NCBI GenBank assembly: GCA_963706955.1
Contig: CAVPOC010000004.1
Span: 1-64,000, forward strand
Length of the DNA: 64,000 nt
Source of the DNA: an uncultured Verrucomicrobiae bacterium
Lineage (GTDB): Bacteria > Verrucomicrobiota > Verrucomicrobiia > Chthoniobacterales > Terrimicrobiaceae
Direction: 5' to 3'
Position numbers and translations under genes: made by a program. This document shows, piece by piece, positions 52,617 to 64,000 of the stretch; position 1 is the first letter of the stretch; each line of letters opens with the position of its first letter. The notes beneath the pieces are model-generated. The model ran no database searches, was not told where the DNA came from, and saw nothing but the letters and a program-made list of their open reading frames with translations.

Positions 52617-55124
52617 TCAGATGAAAATCGGCCACAAGTTCGTCGCCGGGCGGTGAACTATCCGGCCGATGTCCGCCAGTGAGCGCATCTTCAAGGTCCG
52701 CTTGATCTCGGCAAGAATGGCTGCTTTTTCCGTGCGCAAGCGGACTTTGCGCATTTCTCCCGGATAGAGATCGAAGAAGTTGTCATCCAGCTTGTGCGCG
52801 AGGCCAGGAAGATCCACTTGAACGGCGTGTTGAAAGACGCGCGATTGAAAACCTAGTTGAAATTCTCGTTGGCTGGTCCGTTCAACGGTGGTGGAGATGG
52901 GAGCGCGCGGGAAGTCGATAAAGCGCGGAGCGGTGAAAAAGACCGTATCCTCGGAGACGGCTCCACGCTCGGTTTCCAATTTGATTCGCAGAACGATACT
53001 GCCCGCGCCATAGGTCTTCAGCTTTCGTGAGAGGTCGAGCGTTTTCTGCCGATGCGACTGCCCGTATCCGAGAAAGACACTCTTCTCCCCCGCTTCGAGG
53101 AGACGGCCATCGAGGTGAAAGAGGGACCAACTCAACAAGCCGGTAGTCTTCCCCGGCGCGTCGCAGACGGTGTGAAGATGAATCTCCCGAATGTTGATTC
53201 TCCAGATATTTCCCATGCCGGTCCGCTCTTCTCCGGGAACGTGGGCCGAGACGAGCACCGGCGCAAAGAATCGCCGCGCGGCAAAGTGGAGCGCTTTCCA
53301 GCGGCCGCCAAATTCCAAACTGCTCCATGAAAATCCCGGCCAGCAATCGTTCAGCTGCCAGTATAAGGCGCCCATGGTGCGCGGCATGGAGCGACGAAAA
53401 TGCTCTACCGCCACTTTCATGCAGTAGGCTTGATTAATTTGCGAAAGGTAGGCCATCGAGGCGTAGTCGCCAGCCAGACGGTATCTGCGCGTGACGTACT
53501 CCTTGATGATGAGATTGCCTGACTGGTTCTTTTGATGGTTCTCCATCGCCGGCCCAAATGCATCAAATTCCTCCGGCAAACAAAACGTTGCCGCAACCTC
53601 GGGCGAACTGAACGATTGCATGCCGAATTCCGAGCAAAAGCGGAAGGCCGTTTTCTCGTAGCGTTTCACCGGTTGCCTGGCATGCCAGACCTCCCAAAAG
53701 TGGCTATCGCCCGACTTTTCGTTGTTGGGATCTTTCGTATAGCCTTCGGGGTTATGCGGTGAACTCGGCCAGTACGGAGTTTCCCCGTCGTAGCGGGCGA
53801 CCGCCTCGGGCAGGATTTGGTAGAAGATTTCCTCGTAGGCCTTTCCTGCGCTGAGCAGTCTTCGTGATCTCGCTGGCGATCTGCTCGATTTCGTTGTTTC
53901 CGCACCACAATGCCAGGCAAGCGCGATTGGCCAGTCGCTTCACCTGATGTTCCGCCTCAGCCTTGACTGTCGCGAGAAATTCTGGTCCTCCGGGATAGAT
54001 CGCGCAGGCGAACATAAAATCCTGCCAGACGAGCAATCCCTTTTCGTCGCAAAGGTCATAGAAATCTTCCATTTCATAGATTCCCCCTCCCCAGACGCGG
54101 ATCATGTTCATGTGCGCCTGTTCGGCGCTCGTCAGCAAATCGTCATAGTCCGCGCGGGTGACGCTACTGACAAAGCTATGCGCGGGAATCCAATTCGCGC
54201 CCTTGGCGAATACCGGTCTGCCGTTTACCACAAACTGAAAGGTCTCGCCGAATTCATCGGGATGGCGATCGAGCACGATCGTTCGAAGTCCCATGCGAGC
54301 ACTCCAGCGATCGAGGACTTCCTGGCCATCGACAAGCTCGAGACGCACATCGTAAAGGGGATGAGCCCCTTGGCCGTTCGGCCACCACAATTCAGGATTC
54401 TTGATCTCAAATTTGAGATTGGAGATTTCAGCGACGATCTCGGCAGATCGCGAGATGACGCCGCGTAGCTCGCCGCCGTCGCCCGCTAGCCTTGGCGTCA
54501 ATGCTTGCCAGCACGACCTTGCCTTCGTGCTGCTGGGTGATGCGAACCGAATCGAATGCGGTTTCCCGTCCACCCCTCCAAGCGGATCGGCTTGTAGATA
54601 CCACAGGTCGCGAAGCGGGGTCCCCAGTCCCAGCCAAACGAACATTGTTCTTTTCGAATGGACGATCGACCCCCGACCGGATCGTTCCATTCGGTCTTTT
54701 CCCCGGATTTGCGCCGGGCCCGAATGTAGGCAATCGGGCTGCCAAAGCGGATCTCGAGAATGTTTCGGCCGGGGCGCAGCGCCTGCTTTACGTCGAAACG
54801 GTGCGCCACGAACATATTCTCCGTCCATCCGATGTTCTCTCCGTTGAGCCGGATGCTGGCGACGGTGTCGAGGCCCTCGGCGACGAGTTCAATATGCTCG
54901 TAATCGCAGAAGTCGGCCTTCACGGCAAACCGGCATCGATAGCTCCAGTCTTCTTCCTCGATCCACTGGAGCTCCCTTTCGTTGGACCCCCAGAAAGGAT
55001 CGGGTATCCGCTTGTGCCTGAGAAGGTCATTATGGATGCAGCCCGGAACCTTGGCCGTGAGCCAGTGGCTCGACTTCGGCTCGAAGAACGCCCAGGCGGT
55101 CAACGGGAACGTTTCCTTCTGCAT
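52617..55124 (-). CDS. GH2 beta-mannosidase (about three apparent indels)
   Basis: [67 protein letters not shown] and YWQLNDCWP motifs. Confidence 0.9.
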
Positions 55125-55206
55125 TAGAAAGAGAACTAAGTCCGGTGGTGCCGTCCGAGGAAGGAAAAACCGCCGTCCCGAGCAGAGGCTTTTCTTTTCG
55201 CGACGT

Positions 55207-55222
55207 TGGCGTATGAGTTGCC
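55207..55222 (+). promoter_or_regulatory. Possible sigma-54 promoter of the PLD-CHR operon
   Basis: TGGCGTATGAGTTGCC has GG-N10-GC spacing. The predicted +1 falls on the ATG at 55232. Confidence 0.3.
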
Positions 55223-55231
55223 AGGCAAGCT

Positions 55232-56221
55232 ATGTCTGCTGTGATTTCTCATTTGATCGTCGAGCCGGACGATGGTGTCGAGCCGGTGCGCAATCTTATC
55301 AGTTCTGCGGAAAAGAGTCTGCTGATCAAACAGTTCACTTTTTCTGAACCGACTTTGCTCGAAGCGGTCACTGACCGCAAGAACGCCGGGGTGGAGGTTC
55401 GCGTGATGTTAAATCCGAAGCGCTCAGGCGGCGACCGTGCCAATGATGACACCTACGATTACTTCAAGAAGAATGGCGTGAGCGTCCAATGGGCCAACCC
55501 CAAATTCTACGTAACCCATGAGAAGTCAATCGTGGTGGACGCAAAAACCGCTCTGATTGCCACCTTCAACCTCTGTGTGAAGTATTTTACTCAAACGCGC
55601 GACTACGGCGTGGTGACGCGCGATCCGATCCGAGTCGCACAGATCATTGAGGGGTTCGAGGCAGACTGGGAGCATCGTGATTGGCTTCCCGATCCTGATA
55701 CCGGTTTGCTTTGGAGCAACGCAAATTCTCGGTTGCGCATGTCGCACTTTATCGACGACGCCAAACACAAGCTCGATGTTCAGCATCCTAAATTCGTCGA
55801 TGCGGTGATCCTCGATCGTCTCCTGGCTGCAGCCGATCGGGGCGTTCACGTGCGTGTTCTCTGCGGAGGTAAGCATGGAATCAGCGATTGGGATGTTCTT
55901 GATACGTTTTCCTCGCTGCGGGTGCTCAAACGCTTTGGGGTGAAGGTCCATAAACAAAAGAACCTGCGACTCCATGCCAAGCTGCTCATTGCGGATGAGT
56001 CCCATGCTCTCGTCGGCTCAATGAACATCGATCGCAGCGCCTTCGATCTCCGCCGCGAACTCGGCACGACGGTCAAAGAGGAAGCAGTCGTCAAGCGACT
56101 GATGGAAGTTTTCGACGCGGATTGGGACCTTTCGCACGGGTACGATGCTCCGGATCCGCTCGATCCCGAGAAGCACAAGGAAACCGACTTTCCGCATGAC
56201 CATGAGCTAAGGCATGAGTGA
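55232..56221 (+). CDS. Phospholipase D superfamily protein (two HKD motifs, no TM anchor)
   Basis: HEKSIVVD and HAKLLIAD...GSMN..R E motifs; His/acidic-rich C-tail. Confidence 0.88.
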   Translation: MSAVISHLIVEPDDGVEPVRNLISSAEKSLLIKQFTFSEPTLLEAVTDRKNAGVEVRVMLNPKRSGGDRANDDTYDYFKKNGVSVQWANPKFYVTHEKSIVVDAKTALIATFNLCVKYFTQTRDYGVVTRDPIRVAQIIEGFEADWEHRDWLPDPDTGLLWSNANSRLRMSHFIDDAKHKLDVQHPKFVDAVILDRLLAAADRGVHVRVLCGGKHGISDWDVLDTFSSLRVLKRFGVKVHKQKNLRLHAKLLIADESHALVGSMNIDRSAFDLRRELGTTVKEEAVVKRLMEVFDADWDLSHGYDAPDPLDPEKHKETDFPHDHELRHE

Positions 56222-56774
56222 GGCGGTGCGGCGCGCAAACCCCAGCTTGCTCGAGCTCGCGCTGACGTTCAACCATATTGCCTTGGCTTCCTTTGGCGGA
56301 GGCCTTTCCGCCTGGTCGCGCGAAGTCATCGTCGTCGAGAAAGGTTGGATGGCAGAGGAGGAGTTCCTTAGCGCCATCACGATGTGCCGCATCCTGCCCG
56401 GAGCCAATCAGGTGAACCTGGCGGTTTTTGTCGGAGCAAAGTTCCGTGGAGTGCTCGGTGCGATTGCGGCGGTGATCGGATTATCGTGCGTTCCCGTACT
56501 TATTATTCTCGGGCTGGGCTATGCCTATTTTCAGTTCCACCACCTGCCGGCGCTCCAGAGCGTGCTTCGCGGCGCCGCCGCCGCCGCGGTTGCCCTCACG
56601 TTGGCAATGGCCATCAAGACCGGCCGAAAATGTCTCAGGGGCGTGATTCCCTTGCTCCTCTTTGCGGCAATTTTCGCCATGAATGGTTTGTTCCGCTGGC
56701 ACCTGCTTCCCTGCTTGGCCTTGCTGGCGCCCCTTAGTCTCGTTTGGGGTTGGCCGAAGTCAGAAAAACAATGA
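56214..56774 (+). CDS. Short-chain chromate transporter (CHR), subunit 1
   Basis: SFGGG, GWMAEEEF, LPGA and G....G..GA motifs. Overlaps the PLD stop. Confidence 0.88.
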   Translation: MSEAVRRANPSLLELALTFNHIALASFGGGLSAWSREVIVVEKGWMAEEEFLSAITMCRILPGANQVNLAVFVGAKFRGVLGAIAAVIGLSCVPVLIILGLGYAYFQFHHLPALQSVLRGAAAAAVALTLAMAIKTGRKCLRGVIPLLLFAAIFAMNGLFRWHLLPCLALLAPLSLVWGWPKSEKQ

Positions 56775-57323
56775 GCGCTCGAAACTCTACTGCGGATCCT
56801 GCTGCTTTTTAGCTCTCTCTCGCTGCTCTCGATTGGCGGGGGCAATACAGTTCTGCCGGAGATGCACACCAAGAGCGTCGTCGACTACCATTGGCTGACG
56901 GACAGCCAGTTCGCAGATGTCTTTGCGATCTCGCAGGCGGCGCCGGGACCAAGCATCCTCATCGTGACACTCATCGGTTATAAGGCCGGTTTGTCCGCCG
57001 GAGGGGAGTTGGTCGGAATCGTCGGCGCTTTGCTTGCCACCGTGGCGGTGATGACGCCGGCGGGTTTGCTCGTGTTCTTTGTCGTGCAGTTCTGGGAACG
57101 TGCCAAGGACTCCAATGTCCGTCGCGCCATTGAGAAAGGTTTCGCCCCGCTGACCGTCGGACTGGTCCTGGCCAGCGGTTATGTCATGAGCAAGGCGGCT
57201 GATCAGGACTGGCGTGCCTATCTGCTCACCGCCGTCTGCACGGTCATCTTTGTCTTCACCAAGGTAAATCCACTGATTGTGGTCGCAATTGCCGGGCTCC
57301 TGGGGTGGCTGGGTCTTGTCTGA
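56771..57323 (+). CDS. Short-chain chromate transporter (CHR), subunit 2 (apparent indel near the start)
   Basis: LSIGGG lies upstream of the ORF-track start in the same frame; HWLTDSQF, SQAAPGP and NP motifs. ATGA overlap with subunit 1. Confidence 0.85.
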
Positions 57324-57337
57324 CAATCGGACCCAAA

Positions 57338-59012
57338 TCATACAAGGCACCAAAAGCATCGTCCGGCGGCGGATCCCCCGGTGGCTTGGACCTCCGGCAG
57401 GTCGGCCTTGCGCAAAGCGAGCCACTGGACGTCGAGCGAAGGAGCAATCTCCTGCCAAGCCGCGCCTCCGATCAGTGCTTTTCGAAGAAGATCGAGGTTT
57501 TGATGGTAATTCAATCCGTGACTCCAAAGATGGCCTTCATAGCCACAGGCGACCTTGCGGCCCAGCAGGAGCAGAGGGTGGTTGTAGTCCGGCACGCAGG
57601 CGAAACGAACTTCTGGCGGAATGCCGGCGAGTGCGTGCTTCCATGTGTCGAGTTCGGAGCGCCGGGCGAGCGCGTATCCATGGCGGGCATCCAAACCGCC
57701 GATTAGCGAGACCGCTCCTGAAAAGAAGAGAACAACGCAAACAGCGACACGCGCCGCCAGGTTCATTTTGGCAATTACCTTAGTCCAGAGATATGGCGCG
57801 ATCACCAGCCAGCTCCAGAGCATCAATTTCATGTTGTCCCATTCCCAGGGAGCAAATGAAACGATGCAGCAGAGAGCAAAGATGCACACCGCTGTCCAAA
57901 CAAAGCAGCGCGCTTCGTTATCTTTGCTCAGGAAAAGCATAAATGCGAGCACCAGAGAAAGAGGCAATGTCGAGGCCAAAATTCCAGATCCACCCCCACA
58001 GGTTTCCTCCGGCCACCCACCCCGGAGCCCACCGAATCGCGCCAGCCATGGAGAAGAAGCCCGTGACCAGGAGGATAGAGAGAGTCGCCGGGACCAGAGC
58101 GAGTGCCACAAAGGCGAGGAGCTCTCGCGGAGCTCCAGCGGCCAATGGATTCCACGACCGCGCCGCCGCCAGTTGAGCCGCAAATATTGCCGCCAGGAGA
58201 AGACTTAGAAATAAGAAAGCATGAATGTTGAAGAGAGGAAGGCTCGCGTAGATTAGAAGTTGCAACCAGACCGGAATAACGTGTTTGCGAACCTCGAAAG
58301 TAGCGCTCCCGCCATGCGTAGAGAAGAATTAAGCCGGAAGGCAGCGCCATAAGCAGGCCGCGCTGCGTGACGAACATGGAAAGGAAGAGATTTTTCCAGA
58401 CCATTTCGCTTTGAAAGTCCTCGATCTCGAGGGTTCGCAGAACTGCAAATCCGGTAAGCCCACCGTTGAATAAGAAAGCGGCAAGTCCGAATGCCCCGCC
58501 CCAAAGCCAAAGCGCATATCCAGTAAGGGCAGCCCCGGCCAGGCCCGTCCAGATAAGGCCAACGAATGTGTCAATCCCTAAGACCTCGAGCACACTATTG
58601 AAAAGGTCTGAGCCAAGCGGATATGTCAGCGGGGCATTGCTTAGGATGGAGCTGTCGGGCCAAAAGGCGATTCCGCTGGCCAAATAGCGGATTAGATTAA
58701 GATGGAGGGAAAGGTCTCCCAGATTGTTCGGCGAAAGCACGCAAATCTCATCGCCGCGTGTATAGACAAGCCACAAGAAGGCGCGCAACGAGACAAGAGC
58801 AAACACGATCAACATTAGCCAATCCCAGAAGCGTGCTTTGGGAAGCGTAGGCGGACCGGTGGTTACCCAAGCGGCCAGCGCGACCATGGTTGCGCAAATA
58901 AGTGCGCCGGCGGCGACATGGGTGTTCAGCCCGGAGCCGAGGAAGGCAAGCAGAACCGTGCTGACGACCACCATGGTCGCAAAGGCCAGCGCCGCGGAGC
59001 AAGGAACTTCAT
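57338..59012 (-). CDS. Polytopic membrane protein, GT-C fold-like (several apparent indels)
   Basis: Many TM helices, loop NNLGDLSLH...YP, QR, PWEWDNMK, and C-terminal GYEGHLWSHG. Joins ORFs 57928-58974, 57918-58265 and 57338-58183. Confidence 0.6.
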
Positions 59013-60554
59013 TGCTGACCCTGAAAGAGCGGAGGAGCGCCTGCGAACCAATCGTCGAAGGTCCCTTTGGCGAAGTAAACTACACATTCTTCCTGCGAAT
59101 CCCGCAGACGAAATCTCCGCTTGTAGTACTCGCGGGTAAGCCCCGCTTCGATCTTCTCCATTTGACCTACCTCGGCCACCACAAAGTCAGCGTCGAGAGG
59201 CTCAGGAGGCTCATCCTTCTTGTAGTAGCCAATTCGGGTAAAGTCTCCCAGCATCCAGGGTAGGGGATAATAGCTCTCCAAGAGGATATGTCCTTGAAGA
59301 TGATAATAGCGCGGATCCTTGCCTGCCATCTCAAGAAGTGGCTTTGTAAGGGTTTGAATTTCTGGAAATGTCTGCACGTAGACATAAGGCTCGCGCTCGT
59401 CGGCAAAGTGATAGAAGTTCAGCCGAACCGGACAGCACGGTGCTGGCCGCAAGGGTCACCACCAGCACGAATCTTGGCCATGGCAGGGGGCAGTGTCGTA
59501 GCCGAAGGGTTTTGTGGCTGCGTTGCGCGAAGGCCCCAAACAGGAAATAGAACGGCCAGAGAATCGAAATGATGCACCACGGGGTCTTATAAGGAATCAG
59601 AGAGTAAGCCAGCAGAACCCCACAACCATAGATCGCAAGGTATCTAAGACGCGCGTCCGAGGGAAATATGTAAGCAAAGCAAAGGACGAGACCAAGCAGG
59701 GCGGGCCATTCATAGCGGGCCATCAGCGCGATCCAATAGATAGTTAAATGGCCCGATTTGATAGCGTCGACTTTTCGTGTCCAGCGGCAGCTACCCCGGT
59801 GTGAAACCAAGCCGCAAAGGTCTCGTAGAGGCCGCCCAAAGCAGAGAAATCCAGGAATGTGCCCGAGTAGAAGAATATTATCGTGAGTGCAGCGAGTGCC
59901 GAACTATTGGCGAGGTCGCCCCAAGACCAGTGTTGCGGCGAAATCGGCAGGGCCGGTTGCGATGGCGACACCTTCTGCACGAGACTGAGGACCATCCCAG
60001 CAAGCAGGAAGCTGCCAATGTGAACGACATACGTCTCCTTGGTTAAAATCATACCGGTGGCTCCGGCCAGCAGCATGAAGAGGAACCGACGCTCGCCCTT
60101 TGTCCAAAGGCCAAGCAAACCGGAATAAAAGATTAGCGAAAAGAGAACCAGCCAGGATTCGTGGATCGAATAGCGGCCGTAAAATACGTAAGCAGGTGAG
60201 ACCGCCATCGCCAGTGCAGCAATGCGAGCGGTCGTGGCGCCGAAATGCTCGCGAAAACGAAGAGCCGCCCAAACCGCGAGCAGGCTTGCGATGATCGCCG
60301 GCAGTCGCAAGGCCCACAGATTTCGTCCGAAAAGGGTCTGCGACAAGAAAGAGGACATAAAAGTGCAGAGGTCCATGGTAGTTCGTCGGATCGTAGCGAA
60401 AGTAGCCGGTCCGCTCCATCTGATCGGCGAACCACCCGTTAACCCCCTCGTCGAAATGCGCCGGCTTGATGTCAAGGAGCACAATCCGCAAGCCGGCAGC
60501 GATGGTGAGAATTCCAATATCGATCCAGGAAAGTCGTTTGAGCCATCCGGTCAC
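59009..60554 (-). CDS. TIGR03663/Agl23-like GT-C (PMT-like) membrane glycosyltransferase (several apparent indels)
   Basis: HFDEGVN, YDPTNYHGP, LRLP, SP..VFYGRYSIHE, TKE, YKTPW and YYPLPW motifs. Confidence 0.75.
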
Positions 60555-60581
60555 GCGATTGGGATAGTGTCCGTCCGAGCG

Positions 60582-61177
60582 CTATTCAAGTCCCGCCACA
60601 AAGCTCCGGATTCTTTCCAGAATATGCTGGTCGACGTCCTCCTGGGTTTGATTGCTCGCTTTCAGTTGGCTCTTGGTAACATGAAGGGAGTGGTCGCCGC
60701 CGTTCACGACCAGCACCTCATTCGGCGCGCACATTCCCGCGCGAACCTTGTCGAGGAGCAGGAGCGGACAGAGCGGATCGCGCGTTCCTTGGACGAAAAG
60801 GATTGGTGTCCGAATCTCCCTTAGCACTTCGTCGCGGAGTTTATTCGGATCTCCACCGCCGCAAAGCGGATATCCTAAACAGACGAGAGCGGGCACCTCT
60901 TCCTCCAGCGCAACGTGACATCCAACTCGCGAGCCCATGCTCTTGCCAATCAGCACTACCGGACCTCGCGGACGAATCGCGCAATTGCTTCAAAGCCCGC
61001 CGATGCGCAGCGATCAGCTTCGGCAGTGGATCAGGTCGCCTTTCTTCCTTCGACCATATAGGGATAGTCGAAGGCCCGCACCACGCCGATTGTGCCCAGC
61101 AAGCGTGCCCACCGAAGCATCCAGGGACTGGAGCATGGAGCCCCGGCACCCGGCGCGAGAAGAAAACTTACTGCCAC
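60582..61177 (-). CDS. Alpha/beta hydrolase (KANL3/Tex30-like), two apparent indels
   Basis: Manual translation gives LAPGAGAP..SPWM, FDYPYM and RPDP, followed by GKSMGSR, LGYPL, QGTRDP and GDHSL. Confidence 0.8.
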
Positions 61178-61323
61178 AATCCCCTATCCTGTACGTTATC
61201 CGGCAAGGTATGCAAATTCCCGTCGAATCCACCGGCAACTCCGCAGGATTCGCCTCCGCGCGCCTGGAGATCAAGTGACTGCTTTACAATTCTCGGCGCG
61301 CGCCTGACGCTCAAGTACCGCTA

Positions 61324-62059
61324 ATGATTAAACTCGGAGTCAACATCGATCACGTGGCGACGTTGCGCCAGGCGCGGTATCGCGAGATGCTCGACTCGCC
61401 CAATGCGGAGCCGGATCCCGTCGCGGCAGCGCTTTCCGCGGAGCGGGCCGGCGCGCACGGCATCACGGCACATCTGCGAGTTGATCGCCGTCACATTCAG
61501 GAGCGCGACGTCCGCAGTTTGAAGGAGCGCATCGCCACCAAGCTCAATCTGGAAATGGGCAATTCTCCAGAGATCGTTGAAATCGCGCTCGACATCCTGC
61601 CTCATGATGTCTGCCTCGTCCCTGAGAATCGTCGGGAGGTCACGACCGAAGGTGGCCTTGATTGCGCCGGACAGAAGGCCTCGCTGCGCCCGACGATTAC
61701 GTGTTTGCGGGAGCGCGGCATCGTTGTGAGCATCTTCATTGATCCTGAAGAAGCCGCAGGTGATGGCCGCGGCGGACCTTGGCGCGCAGTTCATTGAACT
61801 CCATACGGGTGCGCTGGCCAACAGCTCAGGCGCCGACAGGGAGATCGAACTCGCACGTCTCATCAAGGCGGCAGAACTGGCTCACGGGGCCGGATTGGAG
61901 GTCAATGCGGGTCATGGAATCAACTACGAGAATATCCACAATGTTCTCCGAATTCCTCATCTCGTTGAGCTCAATATCGGTCACTCGATTGTCTCACGCG
62001 GAATTTTCGTCGGTTTGGAAGCAGCTGTGAGAGAGATGCTTCATTTGATGAATGGATGA
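61324..62059 (+). CDS. pdxJ: Pyridoxine 5'-phosphate synthase (apparent indel at about 61750)
   Basis: [45 protein letters not shown] and ELNIGHSI motifs. Confidence 0.95.
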
Positions 62060-63344
62060 ATTTCGATCAGTTTCTCACGGGCGAGCTTGAAAGAATTCAG
62101 CGAGCCGGCCTGCGGCGGTCACTGCGCGTCGTCAACTCTCCGCAGGGGCCGGATGTCTTGCTGGAGGGGCGCTGGCTAGCAAACTTTGGCTCGAACGACT
62201 ACCTTGGACTGGCGGCGCACCCGAAGCTGCGCGACGCAGCACGTGAGGCTCTCGATGAGGCGGGGACTGGCTCGGGCGCCTCACGGTTGATTTCAGGGAC
62301 GCACACCCAGCATAGCCGTCTCGAAGACGCGCTGGCGCGATTCAAGCGGACGGAGGCTGCTTTGAGCTTCTCGAGCGGTTATGCGGCGGCCCTCGGCACG
62401 ATTCCGGCTTTAGTTGGCAAAGGCGACGTCATCATTCTGGACAAGCTTAGCCACGCCTGCCTGGTGGATGGTGCGCGTCTTGCAGGGGCATCCCTTCGCG
62501 TGTTCCCCCACAATCGACTCGATAAATTGGAAAGCCATCTGCGCTGGGCCGTGCAGAGTTTTCCGACGGCGCGAGTGCTCGTCCTGGTCGAATCCGTTTA
62601 CAGCATGGATGGAGATCGTGCTCCGCTCAGGGAGATCGTCGAATTGAAAGAACAATTTGGTGCCTGGCTTCTCGTCGACGAGGCTCATGCGATTGGGGTC
62701 GTCGGCGAACAGGGGCGCGGATTGGTCGATGAATTCGGCCTTGCCGATCGCATCGAAGTGCAAATGGGGACGCTGGGAAAGGCCTTGGGCTCATCAGGAG
62801 CCTATATTTGCGGACGCGCTGCTCTTTGTGAATATCTGGTCAATCGTGCCCGCAGTTTTATTTTCTCGACTGCTCCACCACCGCACTGCGCCGCTGCCTC
62901 GCGCGCAGCGAGTTGAGCTCCTCGACTCCATCGAGGGTGAACGACTCGTGCAAAAGCTGCACGATAATACCGCGCTGCTGGGCGCGAGCCTATCTCTGCC
63001 AGCGCACAGCGCGATCTTTCCAATCATCCTCGGCGATGGCGAACTTGCTGTTCAAGCCTCAGCGTAAGCTCTTGGAAGCCGGCTTTCTTGTCCCGGCGAT
63101 ACGCTATCCCACCGTTGCTCGCGGTTCGGAACGACTGCGCGTAACCGTAACTGCGGCGCACGAGATTGACACCATCGAGCGCCTCGGTTCTCACCTATCG
63201 GAGCTTCGAGGCGGCGTCCAAAAGACGGAGATCGACAAGCCGCGGATTCGAACGGACTTGATCTCCTACGGCGGAGCCGTCGGAAGGCTCGCAGCACCGG
63301 TGGCGGATTGGATGACTCCGGTGGCGCCGGATGCGGCGCCCTGA
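62056..63344 (+). CDS. bioF: 8-amino-7-oxononanoate synthase (apparent indels at about 62910 and 63060; 3' end uncertain)
   Basis: SNDYLGL, GSGASRLISG, SGY, HACLVDG, SMDGD, DEAH, GTLGKALG, FST and AIRYPTV..RLR motifs. Confidence 0.9.
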
Positions 63345-63939
63345 AATCGGCTGAAGTGCCGAGCTGCCAAGCCCTGTAAATGGCTCGGCGAGCGAACCGG
63401 CCATTCCTGGCTGCGAGAACATCGGGGTGAAAGGCGTATCGGATCCGCTCGTCTTCTCGTCAGGATTCGTGGAGCCTGCGGCTGATTTTTCGCTTTTCTT
63501 GGATCCAAGTGTCTTTTCATACGCCGCAATGACCGGTTGAAATGCGGCGATTTCTCCCAGACGAATCTCGGCCAAGGAGCTTCCATTCGATTTGGAGTCC
63601 TTTGCCGACCGGTTATCCGTTTTTGAATCTTCCAACGCTTCTTTGCGCTCGTACCAGAGGCGTCCATCCTTGGAGCGATCCTTGTTCAGTCCATATTTCT
63701 TGAAATCGGCATCTCCCAGTTGGGCTATTGGCAATCTGGTGATGCCCGAATCGTTCGAAACGCGAATCGTATAGTCGTCAGTAACCTCGACGATTCCAAA
63801 GAACTTGGTTCCGTTCAGCGTCGTCACGGAGGTCTTCTCTGGCTTGGGGGACTTCGCACCATCATCCGTTTGCGCATAGAGTGGAACGCAAATCGCAACC
63901 GCGCCTCCTAACATCAACAGCAGCCTCTTGCACGTTCAT
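63266..63939 (-). CDS. Hypothetical exported protein (apparent indels near both ends)
   Basis: Signal peptide (LLLMLGGAVAICVPLYA), a short beta-rich domain, and a low-complexity S/A/P/K tail. Confidence 0.55.
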
Positions 63940-64000
63940 CACTCTATCCAAGTTTGGCTCGCCTCATGCCAAATGGCAAATCTCGCAATTAGAGCACCCT

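Noticed and set aside
63955..63972. Sigma-54 promoter for the last gene (minus strand TGGCATGAGGCGAGC)
   Set aside because: The GG-N10-GC spacing fits, but the -12 box lacks TT. Too weak to call at the window edge.

Overview
This window is core-genome DNA of a GC-rich bacterium, most likely Verrucomicrobiota (Spartobacteria/Chthoniobacterales-like). That placement is an inference from the fused lpxC-fabZ, hpnH-shc, the split Pta and the PGK/GAPDH types. It is densely coding, with about 60 genes. In order: the 3' end of fumC, gltB plus an ACT protein, ftsH, a deacetylase + PHP-GT4 pair, an FAD oxidase, tatA, an Fe/polyamine-class ABC transporter, gap-pgk-tpiA, aroK, csp, purE-sua5-murJ, an ECF sigma + anti-sigma/vWA pair, an RRM protein, lpxC/fabZ-lpxA, hisF, fur, folP, pta + a DRTGG protein, hpnH-shc, a GH2 mannosidase-UDG-acyltransferase-hydrolase run, PLD + a short chromate-transporter pair, two GT-C-like membrane proteins, and pdxJ-bioF. 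I found no integrase, transposase, phage gene, CRISPR array, rRNA or tRNA. More than 20 genes, including housekeeping ones, are broken by single-base indels, which most likely reflects an unpolished long-read assembly, so I list them as reconstructed CDSs with approximate breakpoints. The most notable observations are: (1) a GTAG-type REP doublet present three times, with compensatory stem changes; (2) a decayed second copy of the shc 3' end beyond one of these REPs; (3) a eukaryote-like PGK beside a kinetoplastid/spirochaete-type GAPDH; (4) structured RNA candidates on both sides of the RRM gene; (5) several unexplained lipid/glycan modules (deacetylase + PHP-GT4, PLD + CHR pair, GT-C pair). 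I cannot show that any of these is a new system; they are testable candidates.
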